From Candidatus Omnitrophota bacterium (GTDB lineage: Bacteria; Omnitrophota; Omnitrophia; Omnitrophales; JACROU01): 64,000 nucleotides of DNA. The position numbers and the translations under genes are program-made. Under the pieces are notes generated by a model. The model saw nothing but the letters and a program-made list of their open reading frames with translations, was not told the DNA's origin and made no database searches. The stretch lies in contig JAJDCD010000023.1 of assembly GCA_029261035.1 (NCBI GenBank), forward strand, positions 237,126 to 301,125. Direction: 5' to 3'. Each line of letters begins with the position of its first letter. The first letter of the stretch is position 1. Of this stretch, positions 13,112-22,601 are shown piece after piece.

Positions 13112-13297
13112 TTATTCGGGTTTATCTTTTTTCTCTGGAGAGCCTGCCAGCCCTTCTTTAAATTCTTGTATGGTTTTACCTAAAGAACGCCCAATTTCAG
13201 GTAGTTTTGCAGCCCCAAAAACTACGAGGGCAACAAGTAGAATAACAACAAGTTCAAACGGTCCAGGTAGTGACATGTTTGTAGTATCTCCTATCAA
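13112..13297 (-). CDS. tatA: Twin-arginine translocase subunit TatA/E. The true start is probably the internal Met at ~13276.
   Basis: One TM helix followed by an amphipathic helix (LVVILLVALVVFGAAKLPEIGRSLGKTIQEFKEG). Confidence 0.75.
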   Translation of the reverse strand: MIGDTTNMSLPGPFELVVILLVALVVFGAAKLPEIGRSLGKTIQEFKEGLAGSPEKKDKPE

Positions 13298-13362
13298 TTT
13301 AATAAGTTTATATTATACACCTGGATTTCAAGCTGTAAAGCAGGGGTTGTTCTCCTCTTTCT

Positions 13363-16300
13363 TTATTTCTCCCATACAGGGCAAATAGACTTATAGTCAC
13401 ACATTTTACACTTCATAAACTGGTCGGACTCACTACAGGCGGGAAAGTCTCCAATCCGTATTTTTTGAGAAGTGTCTTCTATTTTTTTTCTTGTTTCTTC
13501 AATGCGGTCGGGGGCGACTTGTGTCGAAACCCGCTCTCGAGCCTCTAAATAGTAAAAGGTAAGACGTTCAATTTCAAGTTCTGTCATTTGTTTCAGCGCC
13601 ATTGCATAAATAGATAATTGGAGGCTTGCGTCGGCATATTTTTGATCTTTAGCTTTTCCTGTTTTGTAATCGATCACTTCGATTTTATTGTCCGGAGTTT
13701 TTTGAACCCGATCAATCTTTCCTCTAATTTCAAGGAGATCGTTGATTTTAATTGTGAAGCCTTCCTCGATAAAAGGAGAGCTTAAGTTGAAGAGAGCTTG
13801 ATTGTCCTCAAAGTAGTTTTTTAAAATCGAGTAACCTTTTTCTTTATACTCTGCTTCTTGAAATTGATTTTTAAACCCTTGGCTTCCCCAACTATTTTCA
13901 TAGAGCTCGATTAATTTTTCAACCTTTCCCTCTTTTCCATCTTCAATTTCACGGTAGAAATCTTCAAGCGCTTTATGGACATTGTTTCCAAAAGCGAGAT
14001 GAGGGTTTTTTCTTTCTGGAATACGATAAATATAATGGAATTTGTATTTTAAAGGACACCACTCGTAAGACTCTATTTGGGAATGGCTTAAAACGAGCTT
14101 TTCATTAAGGGGTTGTTCTGGTTTGTTTTCTTGCTCTGGCTGGGCAACTTTTATCTGGACCGAAGGGTTTTTTGCGATAGCTCTCAAAGCTTGTTTGGCT
14201 TTTTCTTCATCAAAAGCGCTTCCCGCTTTCTTCGTGTCAAAATATATTTCAAGGAGATCTTTCAATTCTTTTTCCATGTTCTCTGCAGAAGATTTTTCTA
14301 AGGAGCGAATAAATTTAAATAAAGTCTCAAAAGAAGGACCTTCTTCTTGGACGGAAGAAACTTTTGTTTTTTTCTTTGTTTCTTCATGTTCTTTTACGAC
14401 TACTTTATCTTGAGCGGAGGAATTAAAAAGCTCTTGAATGAAAACAGAGGTTTTAACCCTTGGTTTTTCCACAGAGCTTAAAATCAAATTTGTTTGAGCT
14501 CGGGTAAGCCCCACATAAAAAAGTCGCCTCTCTTCTTCTATATGAAAGTCGCCTTGTGGAAGCTCTTCTTTCATTAAGGTGTCTGGAAAAGGAAGAAACT
14601 CTCTTTTTTTCCTTGTTGGGAATCGTCCTTGAGTTAGAGAGGGCATAAAAACAATAGGGAACTCAAGCCCTTTAGCCGCATGCACGGTGAGCAACTTAAC
14701 GCTATTTGTTTCTTGTCGGCTTTCCTCTGTTTCTGGGTCAAGCGAAAGCTCTTCGGCAAGAGACAGATGTTTTAACAGTTTTCTGAGAGAAGGGGTTTTT
14801 TTGTCATTTTCTTCAAAGCTTTTTACATAAGCAAGAAACTGACTCATATAGAGAACAGTTTTTTCAGCTTTTTCTGTCCCGTTTTTTAAATAGGCAGAAA
14901 AAACTTTAAATTCTTTTGCCACTTCCCACAACAAGTCGCTGGGGGAGAGTTTTTTTATTTTGGATTTAATTCGAGAACTTTTTTCATTGAAAGCCATAAG
15001 TTTTATTTGAGAGCCTTTTGTAATGGAAGGGCACTTATCTGCTTTGCCTAATAAGTAAACAAAAGGAGTTTTCATCTCTTTTCGAGACCAATCTTGAAAA
15101 AGACGATATTCTTGTGGCGGCAAATTTACGTAGCCCCCTAAAAGAAGTCGAGCTAACGAAATGTCCTCATCGTCTTCAGAAAGAAATTTTAAAAAAGCGA
15201 GGAGGTCTCGAACAGATTCTTGTTCTAAGAGCTTTTTTCCATTTAAATCAGAATAAGGAACTCCTTCGGATTCGAGAGCTTCTTTGATCTTCACACCATG
15301 ACTATGCGCACGTATAAGAATGGCCGCTTGTGAAAAATCTTTTTTGGCTCTTTTTTTTATTTCTTTGGCAATCCACAGAGCTTCGTCATCATAATTTGTG
15401 AAAGTGTGGTGTTCTACAGGAGCGCCTTCTGGGAGCTCTGCTTTTAGTTCCTTGATTTCATCGTATCGATCTTTTCCATTGAGTGTTATTGAAGCGCTAG
15501 CAACTCCAAGAATATTTCCTGAAGAGCGGTAGTTGCGAATAAGCTTTAATACGGAAGCGTCTTTAAATAAATCTCTAAATTTTTTAAAGCTAGCATATGA
15601 TGCCCCGCGAAACCTATAAATAGCCTGATCGTCGTCCCCTACAACACAGAGGTTCTTATGATGCTGGGAGAAGAGGTATAGAAGTTGAATTTGTGAGATG
15701 TTCGTATCTTGAAATTCGTCTACCAAAACATATTGAAACTGTTCTGCTATTTTTTTTGAGACAGAAGCATTGTTCTGTAGCAGTTGAACACTTGCCTGAA
15801 TAAGCCCACCAAAATCTAAAACCTCATTTTCTTTTAAGGTTTCTTCATAGCGTTTATAAACTTCACAGATTTCTTTAAAGGGCTCTGTGTTTTCCGTGGC
15901 GCTTTGATTTTTAATAAATTCGGAGAATAAGTCGGGTGTAACCAACTCATCTTTACAACGATCAATGAACCTTAAGAATGGAATAACTAAACTTTCTTTA
16001 CTCGAAATATGAGAAAAAGACTTTAGAGGAAGTTCCCACAACAAAGGCTCTAAGAAGGCGGCGCGTTCTAAGGTTTGGCTTAAAAGTTTTATGCGAGGAG
16101 ATAGACCCATTTGCAATGCATATTCTTGCACTAAATCCAAAGCAAAAGAATGAAAGGTCTTTACCTGTGGGATGCTCGCCAAGTCAGGCATCAACGCGCT
16201 AATACGCTGCTCCATTTCTTCCGTCGCTTTTTTTGTGTAAGTTAGAGCAAGAATGTTTTCTGCGTGAAGATTTTCTTTTGTTGCTAGAAGGTAGGCCAAG

Positions 16301-16455
16301 CGATGTGTAATTACTTTGGTCTTCCCCGTTCCAGCACCTGCCAAAATTAAAGAAGGGCCTTCTGTTTGTGTTACAGCTTCAAGCTGTTCTGGATTTAAAC
16401 CTTCCAGAAGATGGTTGGCTGAGGTGTTTGATTTAGAAGAGGTTTTAATCGTCAT
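13363..16455 (-). CDS. UvrD/Rep-family SF1 helicase fused to a C-terminal PD-(D/E)XK (RecB/Cas4-like) nuclease carrying a four-Cys cluster
   Basis: 1030 aa. N-terminal motifs GAGTGKT, DEFQDTN and VVGDDDQAIYRFRGA. The C-terminal nuclease-like block has HSQIESYEWCP...IDYKTGK...DFPACSESDQFMKCKMCDYKSICP. Confidence 0.8.
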   Translation of the reverse strand: MTIKTSSKSNTSANHLLEGLNPEQLEAVTQTEGPSLILAGAGTGKTKVITHRLAYLLATKENLHAENILALTYTKKATEEMEQRISALMPDLASIPQVKTFHSFALDLVQEYALQMGLSPRIKLLSQTLERAAFLEPLLWELPLKSFSHISSKESLVIPFLRFIDRCKDELVTPDLFSEFIKNQSATENTEPFKEICEVYKRYEETLKENEVLDFGGLIQASVQLLQNNASVSKKIAEQFQYVLVDEFQDTNISQIQLLYLFSQHHKNLCVVGDDDQAIYRFRGASYASFKKFRDLFKDASVLKLIRNYRSSGNILGVASASITLNGKDRYDEIKELKAELPEGAPVEHHTFTNYDDEALWIAKEIKKRAKKDFSQAAILIRAHSHGVKIKEALESEGVPYSDLNGKKLLEQESVRDLLAFLKFLSEDDEDISLARLLLGGYVNLPPQEYRLFQDWSRKEMKTPFVYLLGKADKCPSITKGSQIKLMAFNEKSSRIKSKIKKLSPSDLLWEVAKEFKVFSAYLKNGTEKAEKTVLYMSQFLAYVKSFEENDKKTPSLRKLLKHLSLAEELSLDPETEESRQETNSVKLLTVHAAKGLEFPIVFMPSLTQGRFPTRKKREFLPFPDTLMKEELPQGDFHIEEERRLFYVGLTRAQTNLILSSVEKPRVKTSVFIQELFNSSAQDKVVVKEHEETKKKTKVSSVQEEGPSFETLFKFIRSLEKSSAENMEKELKDLLEIYFDTKKAGSAFDEEKAKQALRAIAKNPSVQIKVAQPEQENKPEQPLNEKLVLSHSQIESYEWCPLKYKFHYIYRIPERKNPHLAFGNNVHKALEDFYREIEDGKEGKVEKLIELYENSWGSQGFKNQFQEAEYKEKGYSILKNYFEDNQALFNLSSPFIEEGFTIKINDLLEIRGKIDRVQKTPDNKIEVIDYKTGKAKDQKYADASLQLSIYAMALKQMTELEIERLTFYYLEARERVSTQVAPDRIEETRKKIEDTSQKIRIGDFPACSESDQFMKCKMCDYKSICPVWEK

Positions 16456-16518
16456 AGGTATAAAACCAGCGGTTTATCTCACTTGGAGAATTTAGATTCA
16501 TACTGAATAGCTTTGTTT

Positions 16519-16569
16519 GGTACCACGGAGCTCAGTACCGAGCGTGTCGGGTCTTTAGACCTGGCACGC
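16519..16569 (+). ncRNA. Conserved ~50-nt hairpin element (copy 1 of 2)
   Basis: ggtaccacggagctcagtaccgagcgtgtcgggtctttagacctggcacgc. The 10-bp stem GTGTCGGGTC / GACCTGGCAC pairs only with G-U wobbles on the plus-strand RNA. A second copy is at 59389-59439. Confidence 0.35.
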
Positions 16570-16593
16570 CCACCCACAGAGAATTATGAGTAT

Positions 16594-17820
16594 TTATGCT
16601 TGTGCGAAAACTTCTCTAGCAACAATGCCGACAACACCAAGCGCAACAGAGTTTTCTCCAAAAGCAGAAGGGATAATTTTTACATAATTTGCGGATTCTT
16701 CTACAGCCCATTCTTTCACTTCTTGCTTTACAGCTTCCATGAAAATGCCACCGCAGTCCTCAATCCCCCCACCAATGACAACAATTTCAGGGTTTAGAAG
16801 GTTTACAAGAAATGCAATTTTTCGTCCAAGGTTACGACCCCCTTCTTGAATAACTTCTTGTGCAACAGGGTCATTTTCTTTAAAAGCTTGGAGAACTTCT
16901 TTGACAGAAATTTTGTCTGGGTCTCCACCGGCGAGATCTAAAATCCTAGAGCTTTTCCCTTTGGAAATAATTTCTCTTGCAGCGTTTGCCATTCCCAAAT
17001 CCATTTCCCAGCGACCTAATTGGGAAGCAGCAGACGGGGTTTCTTCAGAAGTGTACTTTGGATTTTGAGAAGCGATTCCAAGCTCTCCTGCGGCACCTGT
17101 AGCACCACGAAAAATTTCTCCATTAATCATGATTCCACAACCAACACCAGAAAACATATAAACCATGTGTTTTACATCTCTATCCAAACCTAACCACTTT
17201 TCTCCTAATACAGCTGCATTAGCATCATTTTCAACAAAGGTTGGAATATTCAAACGCTTTTCAAAAAGATCTTTAATAGAAATGCAAATAGAAACATCTT
17301 TTGTTCCTAAAGCTCCGGGCCAACGAATTGTTCTTCCACGCTCATCAATAATTCCAGGGATTGCAACGCCAAGTCCAGCAATTTTATCTTTGTCTACATC
17401 TGATTTTTCTATAATTTCTTCCGCGAGAAGAATAAGCTCTTCCATCATGGATTCAGAGTTCTCTGGTTTTCTTTCTTTTTTAACTTCATAAATCACGTTG
17501 GTCTCTAAATCAACAAGAACGCCTACCATAGATAGCATGTTCAAACCGATACCAATGATATAAGCCGATTTTGGGTTGAGCTCTACTAGAACAGGTTTGC
17601 GACCGCCTGTGGATTCATCTAACTCACCTTCTACAACGAGGCTTTTTTTGATGTAATGGTTTACATAGTTGGAAACCGTTACAATATTAAATTCTGTGAT
17701 TTTGGAGATATCTGTACGAGAAATGGGGCCGTTCTTACGAATCACTTCTAAAATAGCTAAATTTTTTCTTTCTTTATCCGTTAACGTCCGATCTTTTAAA
17801 AGAGTTTGTTTAATGAGCAT
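16594..17820 (-). CDS. ROK-family transcriptional regulator / sugar kinase
   Basis: 408 aa. N-terminal winged-helix (LAILEVIRKNGPISRTDISKITEFNIVTVSNYV) plus a ROK sugar-kinase fold with Gly-rich motifs. Confidence 0.8.
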   Translation of the reverse strand: MLIKQTLLKDRTLTDKERKNLAILEVIRKNGPISRTDISKITEFNIVTVSNYVNHYIKKSLVVEGELDESTGGRKPVLVELNPKSAYIIGIGLNMLSMVGVLVDLETNVIYEVKKERKPENSESMMEELILLAEEIIEKSDVDKDKIAGLGVAIPGIIDERGRTIRWPGALGTKDVSICISIKDLFEKRLNIPTFVENDANAAVLGEKWLGLDRDVKHMVYMFSGVGCGIMINGEIFRGATGAAGELGIASQNPKYTSEETPSAASQLGRWEMDLGMANAAREIISKGKSSRILDLAGGDPDKISVKEVLQAFKENDPVAQEVIQEGGRNLGRKIAFLVNLLNPEIVVIGGGIEDCGGIFMEAVKQEVKEWAVEESANYVKIIPSAFGENSVALGVVGIVAREVFAQA

Positions 17821-18085
17821 GTTGTTTTTCCTCCGAATGGGATTGACCGTTTATAGGCCTTTTTGGCTCTTAAATGTTACATTTCAAAGCCTTTAGTTGA
17901 GCAAAATGTACCACGTCTGTTTGCCCGTAAAAACACGCAAAATATAGCAGATTTATTATTTATTTGCAAGGACTTATGAAAATTTGAGAAGAACTCTTTT
18001 TAGGGCTTTTTTTAAAGATAAGAAAGGCAGTTATTAAAGCATGTTAATAAAGGAGTTATGAAAAGTCGAATCGGAACTCTTTTTC

Positions 18086-20047
18086 TTAAAAAAACTCTTC
18101 GTCTTTGAGGAGGGCTTGAACTTTTCTTCCTATGGGGTCTCTTCCGAATAGCTGTTGGATTGAGCCGTTATTGAGGTAATTGACCAAAGCAATAAAGCTC
18201 ATTCCTTGATCTAAGGCGAGATATTGTCTGGTAATAGTTCTTCCTCGAGCTTGAAGGGCATCATAAAAGCCATACTCTCCATAAACATCATAACGACGAA
18301 TCATTTGCTTAATATTTTCAATAGCATCTTCCGGGATAGTTTCTAAAGCAAGGAACGTTGCGTGAGGGGTAACAATGCCAGCATCATTATAGCCCTTAAC
18401 CCCTAATGCTTTAATTCCAAATTCTCCATAGTGAGTTTCTTTACCACGAGAATAAGAGCAAGGAGAAATTCCCCAAACAGGATACTTTCTTTCTTTAAGA
18501 GCATAATCTCTTTGAATTTCCGAAGCAATTTTATTGTTTAAGCCTAAGCCTAAAGGGGCCCACTTTTTTTCAGAAACAATAATGGTAGGCATTAGAAATT
18601 CAAACATAGAGCCACCCCAACTTGGAATGAAGCGACGCTGCTTGTATTTATAAAAACCTGTTCGCACATCAAAACCTCCAAAACTTTCAGCTTTCTCTTT
18701 TCCTTTTTGAGTTTGCCAATCCCACTTGGTTGGAGGGATGCGGTATAAATGGAACCAGTGCTCTTTTGGAACATCGCCTTTTCCAATAGCAAGCATGCTG
18801 AGCATGCGCGTTTCTGTTGAAAGCAAACTATAATGAAAGGAAGAGTAGGCTTTTTTTGCTTCGTCATACCCAATAGACATTTGTCCTACTCCGGGGTCAT
18901 AAAAGAAATCGAAATCCATTTGGTTTAAGAAAGAAGAAGCTTGGCCACCCAACTCTTTTTTAAAAGCAGAGCGAATAACGACATAAGAAACAGCAAGCCA
19001 CGCGTTATCGATGGAAGAAATAAAGCTACTTGTGGGATGCATGTGAGTCGTGTTGTAGTAGTTATATAAAAAGTTCTTATGTTTTTTTAGTTTTTGGATT
19101 GTGGCAAAGGAACGTTGAATTCTTCTGAGGGCTTCTGCTCTTGGAATAAAACCCAAATGATAAGCGCCGATACAAGAAATGTGGTAAAGGCCTATGTTTG
19201 TTGGAGATGTGTAATCGCCTAGAAAGCGATTTGTATCTAATTTAACATGATCTACAATCAGTTCGTTTCTGGAATCAACGAAATTATCAAAGTATTTCCA
19301 GGTGTCTTTTGCAATTTGTTTAAGCATCAAACGGGAGTCTAATTTGAGTAAACTTTTTCTTCTTTGTAAATTACTGATTTGTTTAGGGAACCCTTTAAGA
19401 TTATCTTTAAGAGAAGCAAAACTCAGGTCGGCAGGGCCGGAAAATTCAACTTGGTCTATAATAACTTGACCCACCATTCCCAAAAATCCCGAATGAAGAT
19501 TTATTTGAAGCTCTTTAAGATAATTAAGATCTACCCCCTCAAATTTTTCTAAAGGGATCAATACAGGCTTCCACTTATTTTTTTCTTTTTGGCCAACATA
19601 AGGGGAAATAGCAATTTCTTTTTGATTGTTGTTTATATCCACTAAACGAACTCGGAGACTTTCTTTAACCCCAAAAGTTCCTTGATACCAAAAACTAATA
19701 TTTTTTGCTTGGCTTATGTCTAGAGGTTCGAGTTGCGTTTTCCATTGGAATTGGTTTTTTCCCAGAAGACCAAAGATGACTTCCAAACTTCTTCCTTGTT
19801 TGTATATAGCATCTTCATCTCTATAGGTTTTTCGTAAGTGCGTGTTCTCAGGAGATGTTAGCGTAGATTCGGCGCCTATTTTGTTTCTGCCAACAGTAGA
19901 AAAATTATCAATTGTTAATTTTTGATTTTGAGAGAGGCCAGATAAGTATTGATTAATAGAGCTTGTGGTACTAGATTTGGAAAAAGAAGGATTTGGAAAA
20001 AGAAAAAGAAGAATGAGAAAAAGGGAGATGGTTTTTATTAACTTCAT
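18086..20047 (-). CDS. Secreted glycoside-hydrolase-like protein, possibly a glucoamylase-like (alpha/alpha)6 barrel
   Basis: 653 aa. A signal peptide MKLIKTISLFLILLFLFPNPSFS and an aromatic/Gly-rich C-terminal half. It sits immediately upstream of the GH94 phosphorylase. The family was not verified. Confidence 0.35.
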   Translation of the reverse strand: MKLIKTISLFLILLFLFPNPSFSKSSTTSSINQYLSGLSQNQKLTIDNFSTVGRNKIGAESTLTSPENTHLRKTYRDEDAIYKQGRSLEVIFGLLGKNQFQWKTQLEPLDISQAKNISFWYQGTFGVKESLRVRLVDINNNQKEIAISPYVGQKEKNKWKPVLIPLEKFEGVDLNYLKELQINLHSGFLGMVGQVIIDQVEFSGPADLSFASLKDNLKGFPKQISNLQRRKSLLKLDSRLMLKQIAKDTWKYFDNFVDSRNELIVDHVKLDTNRFLGDYTSPTNIGLYHISCIGAYHLGFIPRAEALRRIQRSFATIQKLKKHKNFLYNYYNTTHMHPTSSFISSIDNAWLAVSYVVIRSAFKKELGGQASSFLNQMDFDFFYDPGVGQMSIGYDEAKKAYSSFHYSLLSTETRMLSMLAIGKGDVPKEHWFHLYRIPPTKWDWQTQKGKEKAESFGGFDVRTGFYKYKQRRFIPSWGGSMFEFLMPTIIVSEKKWAPLGLGLNNKIASEIQRDYALKERKYPVWGISPCSYSRGKETHYGEFGIKALGVKGYNDAGIVTPHATFLALETIPEDAIENIKQMIRRYDVYGEYGFYDALQARGRTITRQYLALDQGMSFIALVNYLNNGSIQQLFGRDPIGRKVQALLKDEEFF

Positions 20048-20123
20048 AGATCAAGTTTTCTCTTAGATTAAAAAAATGGGAAGCAGAAAACGCGTTTCCG
20101 CTTCCCATTAGGAATGTGTTGCT

Positions 20124-22568
20124 TTAACCCATTATTACTTCAACGATGTGATTCTTCCCATCGTCGAATGCTTTTACTACAGTTCCTTCGATGACATTAC
20201 CGTCTACTTTTACTTCTTTAACACCCGTTTCAAGCTCATTTGGGTTCGAGAAAGAAATATCATAAGTACAACCACGGAATAAGCGGTGTGTCTTAAATTC
20301 TTTCCACTTAGGGACACAAGGATCAATTTCAAGTCCTTCTGCACAAGAACGAACACCTATGATCCAGTCTAAAGAGACTCGGAATAACCATGTTCCAGAG
20401 CCGGTATACCAAGTCCAACCCCCACGACCAAAGTTAGGAGAATCGGGACCGTCGGTGTTTCCTGGAGTCACATAAGGTTCTACAAAGTAGCTGTCTGGGT
20501 CTTTACCTCTTTCAAGAGGGCTAAAGCTCTTGTAAGTTTCGAACCCTTTAAGTCCTTTGCGTCTCATTAAGATGGCTTGAAGCCCCCAACAAGCTGCATG
20601 AGTATAAACGCCTCCGTTTTCTCTAAGACCTGGAGCGTAACGAGTGATATACCCAATTTTTGGATCTGTTACAGAATAAGCAGGATTTAAAAGAAGAGGA
20701 CCGTGTTCGCGGTAAAGAACCTCTTCTGCAGTATCCATACATTTATCTGCGCGATCTTTTGGAGCAACATTATTGATAAGAGCCCATACTTGACCCATAA
20801 GATCAATTTTACCTTGATCTACGGTCTTACTACCCATTGGAACTCCATCGTCACGAGTTGCGCGAATATAACGATCGTCTTCCCAAGCGTGCTCGTTGAT
20901 ATCTTTAACGAGCTGTTCTGCGCGCTGTGAGTAGTTGTCTCCACGATCTTTTTCGCCAAACTTTTCACAAAGAGGAGCAAAACGTCTCATAATTCCTACC
21001 ATGAAATGTCCCAACCAAATAGATTCACCCTTCCACTCTGGACCTACGTGACTGAAGCCATCATTCCAGTCTCCTTCACCAATAAGAGGTAAGCCTCTTG
21101 GCGACCAACGAGAAAGAACTTTATCTATCGCACGACAACAGTGATCATATAAACTTCCTTCTGTTGCTGGTTTGTCTTTTTCTTTTGGATCTTTTAAGAA
21201 AGGAATGCTTTCTTTTAAAAGATCAAAATCTTGAGTTTCGTCTAAATAATTTAATGTGATGTAAGCAAGCCACACTAAATCATCCGTCATTTCGGTAATA
21301 GCTCCCATGCCTGTTCCTGGATGCCACCAATGATGCACGGTACCATCTGGGAATTGTTGTTCTGCATGAGTGACGATTTGGCTTCGAGCTAGTTCTGGTT
21401 TTAATGGGAAGAATACCTGACAGTCTTGCAACTGATCTCTAAACCCAATACCACCACTAGATTGATAGTAAGCACACTTAGCCCAGATACGACCAGCAAT
21501 CGCCTGGTATTTGAGCCAACGGTTTGTTAAGAAGTTGAATCCTTCATCTGGAGTTTCAACGGTTGTTTTGTCCAAAAGATCATTCCAGAACTTTTTTGTA
21601 TTTTCAAGTTCTGCACTTGCTGTCTTTGGGTCTAAATATTTTTTAATTAAAACTTCAGAAGCTTTTCTGTCATGAGTTGCACCGAGAACAAAAATAATTT
21701 CCTTTTCTTCTCCTGGAGCTAACTCTATATTTGAATTTAAAGAAGCAACAGAATCACACCATTTTCCTTGAGTGTTTTTTAACTTACCTTCTTTAACTGC
21801 TCTTGGAGCCATAATGTTTCCATACATTCCGAAGAACGCTTCTTTGTCCCCTTCATAACCCGCAGGTTTTACATTAATAGCATGGAAAGCTTCTAATGGT
21901 TTTTCTGCAAGCCCTGTAGAGATAAAATGAGGAATCAAAGCAGGTCTCTTTAGACCATAAATTGCATTATTTGCTTCATCAATTTCGGTTTCGATAAAGG
22001 TTTTGTGGAATTCTCTATGGGTATCCGCAGCGTTTCCAAGGCACCATTCAAAATAAGAAAAAACACCTATGTTTCTTTTTTTGTCACTTTCGTTAACTAA
22101 GCGGAGTTTCCAAACTTCGATCGGATCTTTAGCAGCAACGAAAACTGTTTTTTCGGCATAGATTCCATTAAGTTTTGATTTCAAAATCGTGTAACCTTGT
22201 CCGTAACGCGCTTCAAAGAAATCAAAGTCAGGACAGGTTGGCTTCCAAGACTGACTCCAGAATTCTCCGGTGTCATTATCGCGAAGATAAATGTAAGAAC
22301 CCCATTCATCTTTGATTAAGTCTTGTTCCCAACGGGTAATACGAGAAAGGTTTGAATTTTCCTTCCAAGAAAAAGAACCCCCCGTTTGAGAGATTACAGT
22401 TCCATAATCTCCGTTACACATAACATTCACCCAAGGACGCGGGGTGTCTGGACGTGTGATGACATACTCATGACCGTTTTCGGTGAAGTAGCCATACTTG
22501 TTTTCAAACTTTCTTACTTCTGTTGCAGACTGCTGAGATGAATTCGTTTGTATTGTATTTTGACTCAT
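20124..22568 (-). CDS. GH94 glycoside phosphorylase (cellobiose/cellodextrin/chitobiose phosphorylase family)
   Basis: 814 aa containing a GIGFRDQLQD motif. Size and architecture are typical of GH94. Confidence 0.7.
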   Translation of the reverse strand: MSQNTIQTNSSQQSATEVRKFENKYGYFTENGHEYVITRPDTPRPWVNVMCNGDYGTVISQTGGSFSWKENSNLSRITRWEQDLIKDEWGSYIYLRDNDTGEFWSQSWKPTCPDFDFFEARYGQGYTILKSKLNGIYAEKTVFVAAKDPIEVWKLRLVNESDKKRNIGVFSYFEWCLGNAADTHREFHKTFIETEIDEANNAIYGLKRPALIPHFISTGLAEKPLEAFHAINVKPAGYEGDKEAFFGMYGNIMAPRAVKEGKLKNTQGKWCDSVASLNSNIELAPGEEKEIIFVLGATHDRKASEVLIKKYLDPKTASAELENTKKFWNDLLDKTTVETPDEGFNFLTNRWLKYQAIAGRIWAKCAYYQSSGGIGFRDQLQDCQVFFPLKPELARSQIVTHAEQQFPDGTVHHWWHPGTGMGAITEMTDDLVWLAYITLNYLDETQDFDLLKESIPFLKDPKEKDKPATEGSLYDHCCRAIDKVLSRWSPRGLPLIGEGDWNDGFSHVGPEWKGESIWLGHFMVGIMRRFAPLCEKFGEKDRGDNYSQRAEQLVKDINEHAWEDDRYIRATRDDGVPMGSKTVDQGKIDLMGQVWALINNVAPKDRADKCMDTAEEVLYREHGPLLLNPAYSVTDPKIGYITRYAPGLRENGGVYTHAACWGLQAILMRRKGLKGFETYKSFSPLERGKDPDSYFVEPYVTPGNTDGPDSPNFGRGGWTWYTGSGTWLFRVSLDWIIGVRSCAEGLEIDPCVPKWKEFKTHRLFRGCTYDISFSNPNELETGVKEVKVDGNVIEGTVVKAFDDGKNHIVEVIMG

Positions 22569-22601
22569 GGGATTAAAAAACTCCTTTTATCTATTTTATT
22601 T

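Noticed and set aside
14113-14413. Plus-strand ORFs 14113..14301 and 14123..14413 (and similar small antisense ORFs inside gyrA, gyrB, dnaA, yidC and the giant genes)
   Set aside because: They lie antisense within well-supported long genes. They are typical six-frame noise in AT-rich DNA.
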